NCBI GenBank assembly: GCA_038328415.1
Contig: JBBQMA010000001.1
Span: forward strand, 1-37,152
Direction of reading: 5' to 3'
Length of the DNA: 37,152 nt
DNA from: Chitinophagales bacterium
GTDB taxonomy: Bacteria; Bacteroidota; Bacteroidia; Chitinophagales; Saprospiraceae
Positions within the stretch are counted from its first letter, which is position 1. Every line of letters begins with the position of its first letter. The position numbers and the translations under genes were made by a program. Below, piece after piece: positions 35,973 through 37,152 of the stretch. The notes under the pieces are model-generated. The model ran no database searches, was not told where the DNA came from, and worked only from the letters and a program-made list of their open reading frames with translations.

Positions 35973-36094
35973 CATACTGATTTCACAGGTTCCAATGCAA
36001 TAAAACGAACAGTTTGTGAAGCCCGGTCTTCTTGTACTGTTGAGATGAATTCCAGGGTTCATTTTTGAGTTTCACCCAAATTTAAATACCTGCT

Positions 36095-37152
36095 TTGGTA
36101 CGTTTTTCATTTTTCACCATTTTAATCATTTTGAGTAGCACCATAAGCATGTTTGCTCAGGAACGCAAAGGCATTGGTTTTACGTTGGCTAACCATACAG
36201 GGGGTATTATCAAACATACCTCAAAATTGACCTTTACGCCACCGGCACTAAGCAGCGGGTTAGAAGCAACAACTACCTTTCGTACCTATGGGCGCAGAGA
36301 TTGGGAGGCATGGCGGAATTATCCGATTCTTGGGCTGAGTGCGCATTGGTTTCACCTTGGTTCAGATCAACTTGGCCATGCGGTAGGTTTTTTTCCTTTT
36401 GTAGATGTGCCTCTGGTGCATCGTCCCCAATGGCAGGTTTATTTTCAGGTGGGTAGTGGGTTAGCCTGGCTCAGTCAGCGATATGATCGCATCAGAAACC
36501 CATTCCAAAATGCAATAGGCTCCAACTTCAACAATGTAACCGCATTTCGCATTCATGTCGATTACAAACTTCATCCAGCATGGTTATTAACTGGGGGATT
36601 TAGTTTTACCCATTATTCTAATGGTCAGGCCCAAATCCCAAATTTTGGAATTAATGTCATTGGTGGCTTGCTCGGTTTGCAATGGACACCAAGACCTCTG
36701 GAATCCGAAAATTACCGACCTGCCAGTTTGAATAAAAAAGCGCTCAGAAAATGGGGTGTTTCTGCACATGCCGGTCTGGCTTTAAAGGAGTATTTTGCGA
36801 CTGGCGGCCCACAATACCCTGTTTATATTGGTTCTATGGCGGGACTTTACCAACTGTCCCGCATCAATCGTTTATATTTTGGAATCGAATATGAGTTCAA
36901 TAAAGGTGTCTATACATTCAGCAAATTAAACTGGCAACACAATTCTGAAAATGAGCGGATTTGGGCCTCCAGCAGGATAATGGCATTTGTCGGCGAAGAA
37001 TTTCTTTTTGGCGATTGGGCCATCCTTCTTCAGGCAGGTACTTATTTGGGAAACTTTGGATTATTGATCCCTTTTCCTGTTTATACCAAATTAGCTGTAC
37101 GGTATTATTTGCCACCGTTTCCAAAACAGCGTACCCGTTTATTTGGAGGGGT
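36095..37152 (+). CDS. Acyloxyacyl hydrolase / lipid A deacylase PagL-like outer-membrane protein (3'-truncated by window edge; absent from the ORF track)
   Basis: The frame is open from the stop at 36083-36085 to the window end. It has a PagL-type HxSNG motif (FTHYSNGQ) and an aromatic-rich beta-barrel-like sequence. The first ATG is at 36149. A TTG at 36095 would add a typical signal peptide (VRFSFFTILIILSSTISMFA/QE), so I prefer it. Confidence 0.65.
   Translation, partial: MVRFSFFTILIILSSTISMFAQERKGIGFTLANHTGGIIKHTSKLTFTPPALSSGLEATTTFRTYGRRDWEAWRNYPILGLSAHWFHLGSDQLGHAVGFFPFVDVPLVHRPQWQVYFQVGSGLAWLSQRYDRIRNPFQNAIGSNFNNVTAFRIHVDYKLHPAWLLTGGFSFTHYSNGQAQIPNFGINVIGGLLGLQWTPRPLESENYRPASLNKKALRKWGVSAHAGLALKEYFATGGPQYPVYIGSMAGLYQLSRINRLYFGIEYEFNKGVYTFSKLNWQHNSENERIWASSRIMAFVGEEFLFGDWAILLQAGTYLGNFGLLIPFPVYTKLAVRYYLPPFPKQRTRLFGG

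Noticed and set aside
1-37152. I looked for CRISPR arrays, tandem repeats, IS elements, rRNA/tRNA genes and riboswitch-like leaders in every intergenic gap longer than 75 nt.
   Set aside because: I found no spaced direct repeats, no transposase-like ORFs and no cloverleaf-compatible sequences. The longest gaps (15265-15569 and 18840-19152) are AT-rich promoter-like DNA with no obvious conserved RNA structure. A covariance-model scan (Infernal/Rfam, tRNAscan-SE) would be needed to exclude small RNAs.

Overview
This 37.2-kb segment is almost fully coding and reads as a Bacteroidota chromosome. Supporting signs are a T9SS C-terminal sorting domain, a GYDIA-type GHMP kinase, a GGGPS homologue and several exact TAnnTTTG -7 boxes. 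I support 32 CDS. One of them runs off the 3' edge and is missing from the ORF track. I recognised no rRNA, tRNA, CRISPR array, transposase, integrase or long repeat.

Housekeeping content includes ybeY, an M1 aminopeptidase, sucB, lgt, nadD, dnaN, an mreB-mreC-mreD-mrdA operon, rsgA and hutH.

No canonical defence system is visible. The best candidate for something undescribed is a same-strand block at 9714-15264. It holds an orphan CI/LexA-type S24 autoprotease repressor and a 1242-aa protein. That protein has two class III cyclase domains with complementary, eukaryote-like C1/C2 active-site degeneracy, fused to a STAND P-loop NTPase and a TPR array. It is translationally coupled to an exported YjiK/SdiA-regulated-like beta-propeller.

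Other points of interest:
- A DUF1800/DUF1501 pair whose DUF1501 member carries both a twin-arginine signal and a T9SS sorting domain.
- A tight idi2-HMGR-GYDIA kinase-FNR-like flavoprotein operon.
- A GGGPS (archaeal-type ether-lipid prenyltransferase) gene downstream of mrdA where rodA is expected, about 1 kb from that operon.
- Two paralogous secreted proteins with a CFFCG motif.

All family calls come from motif recognition by eye. None has been checked by a database search.
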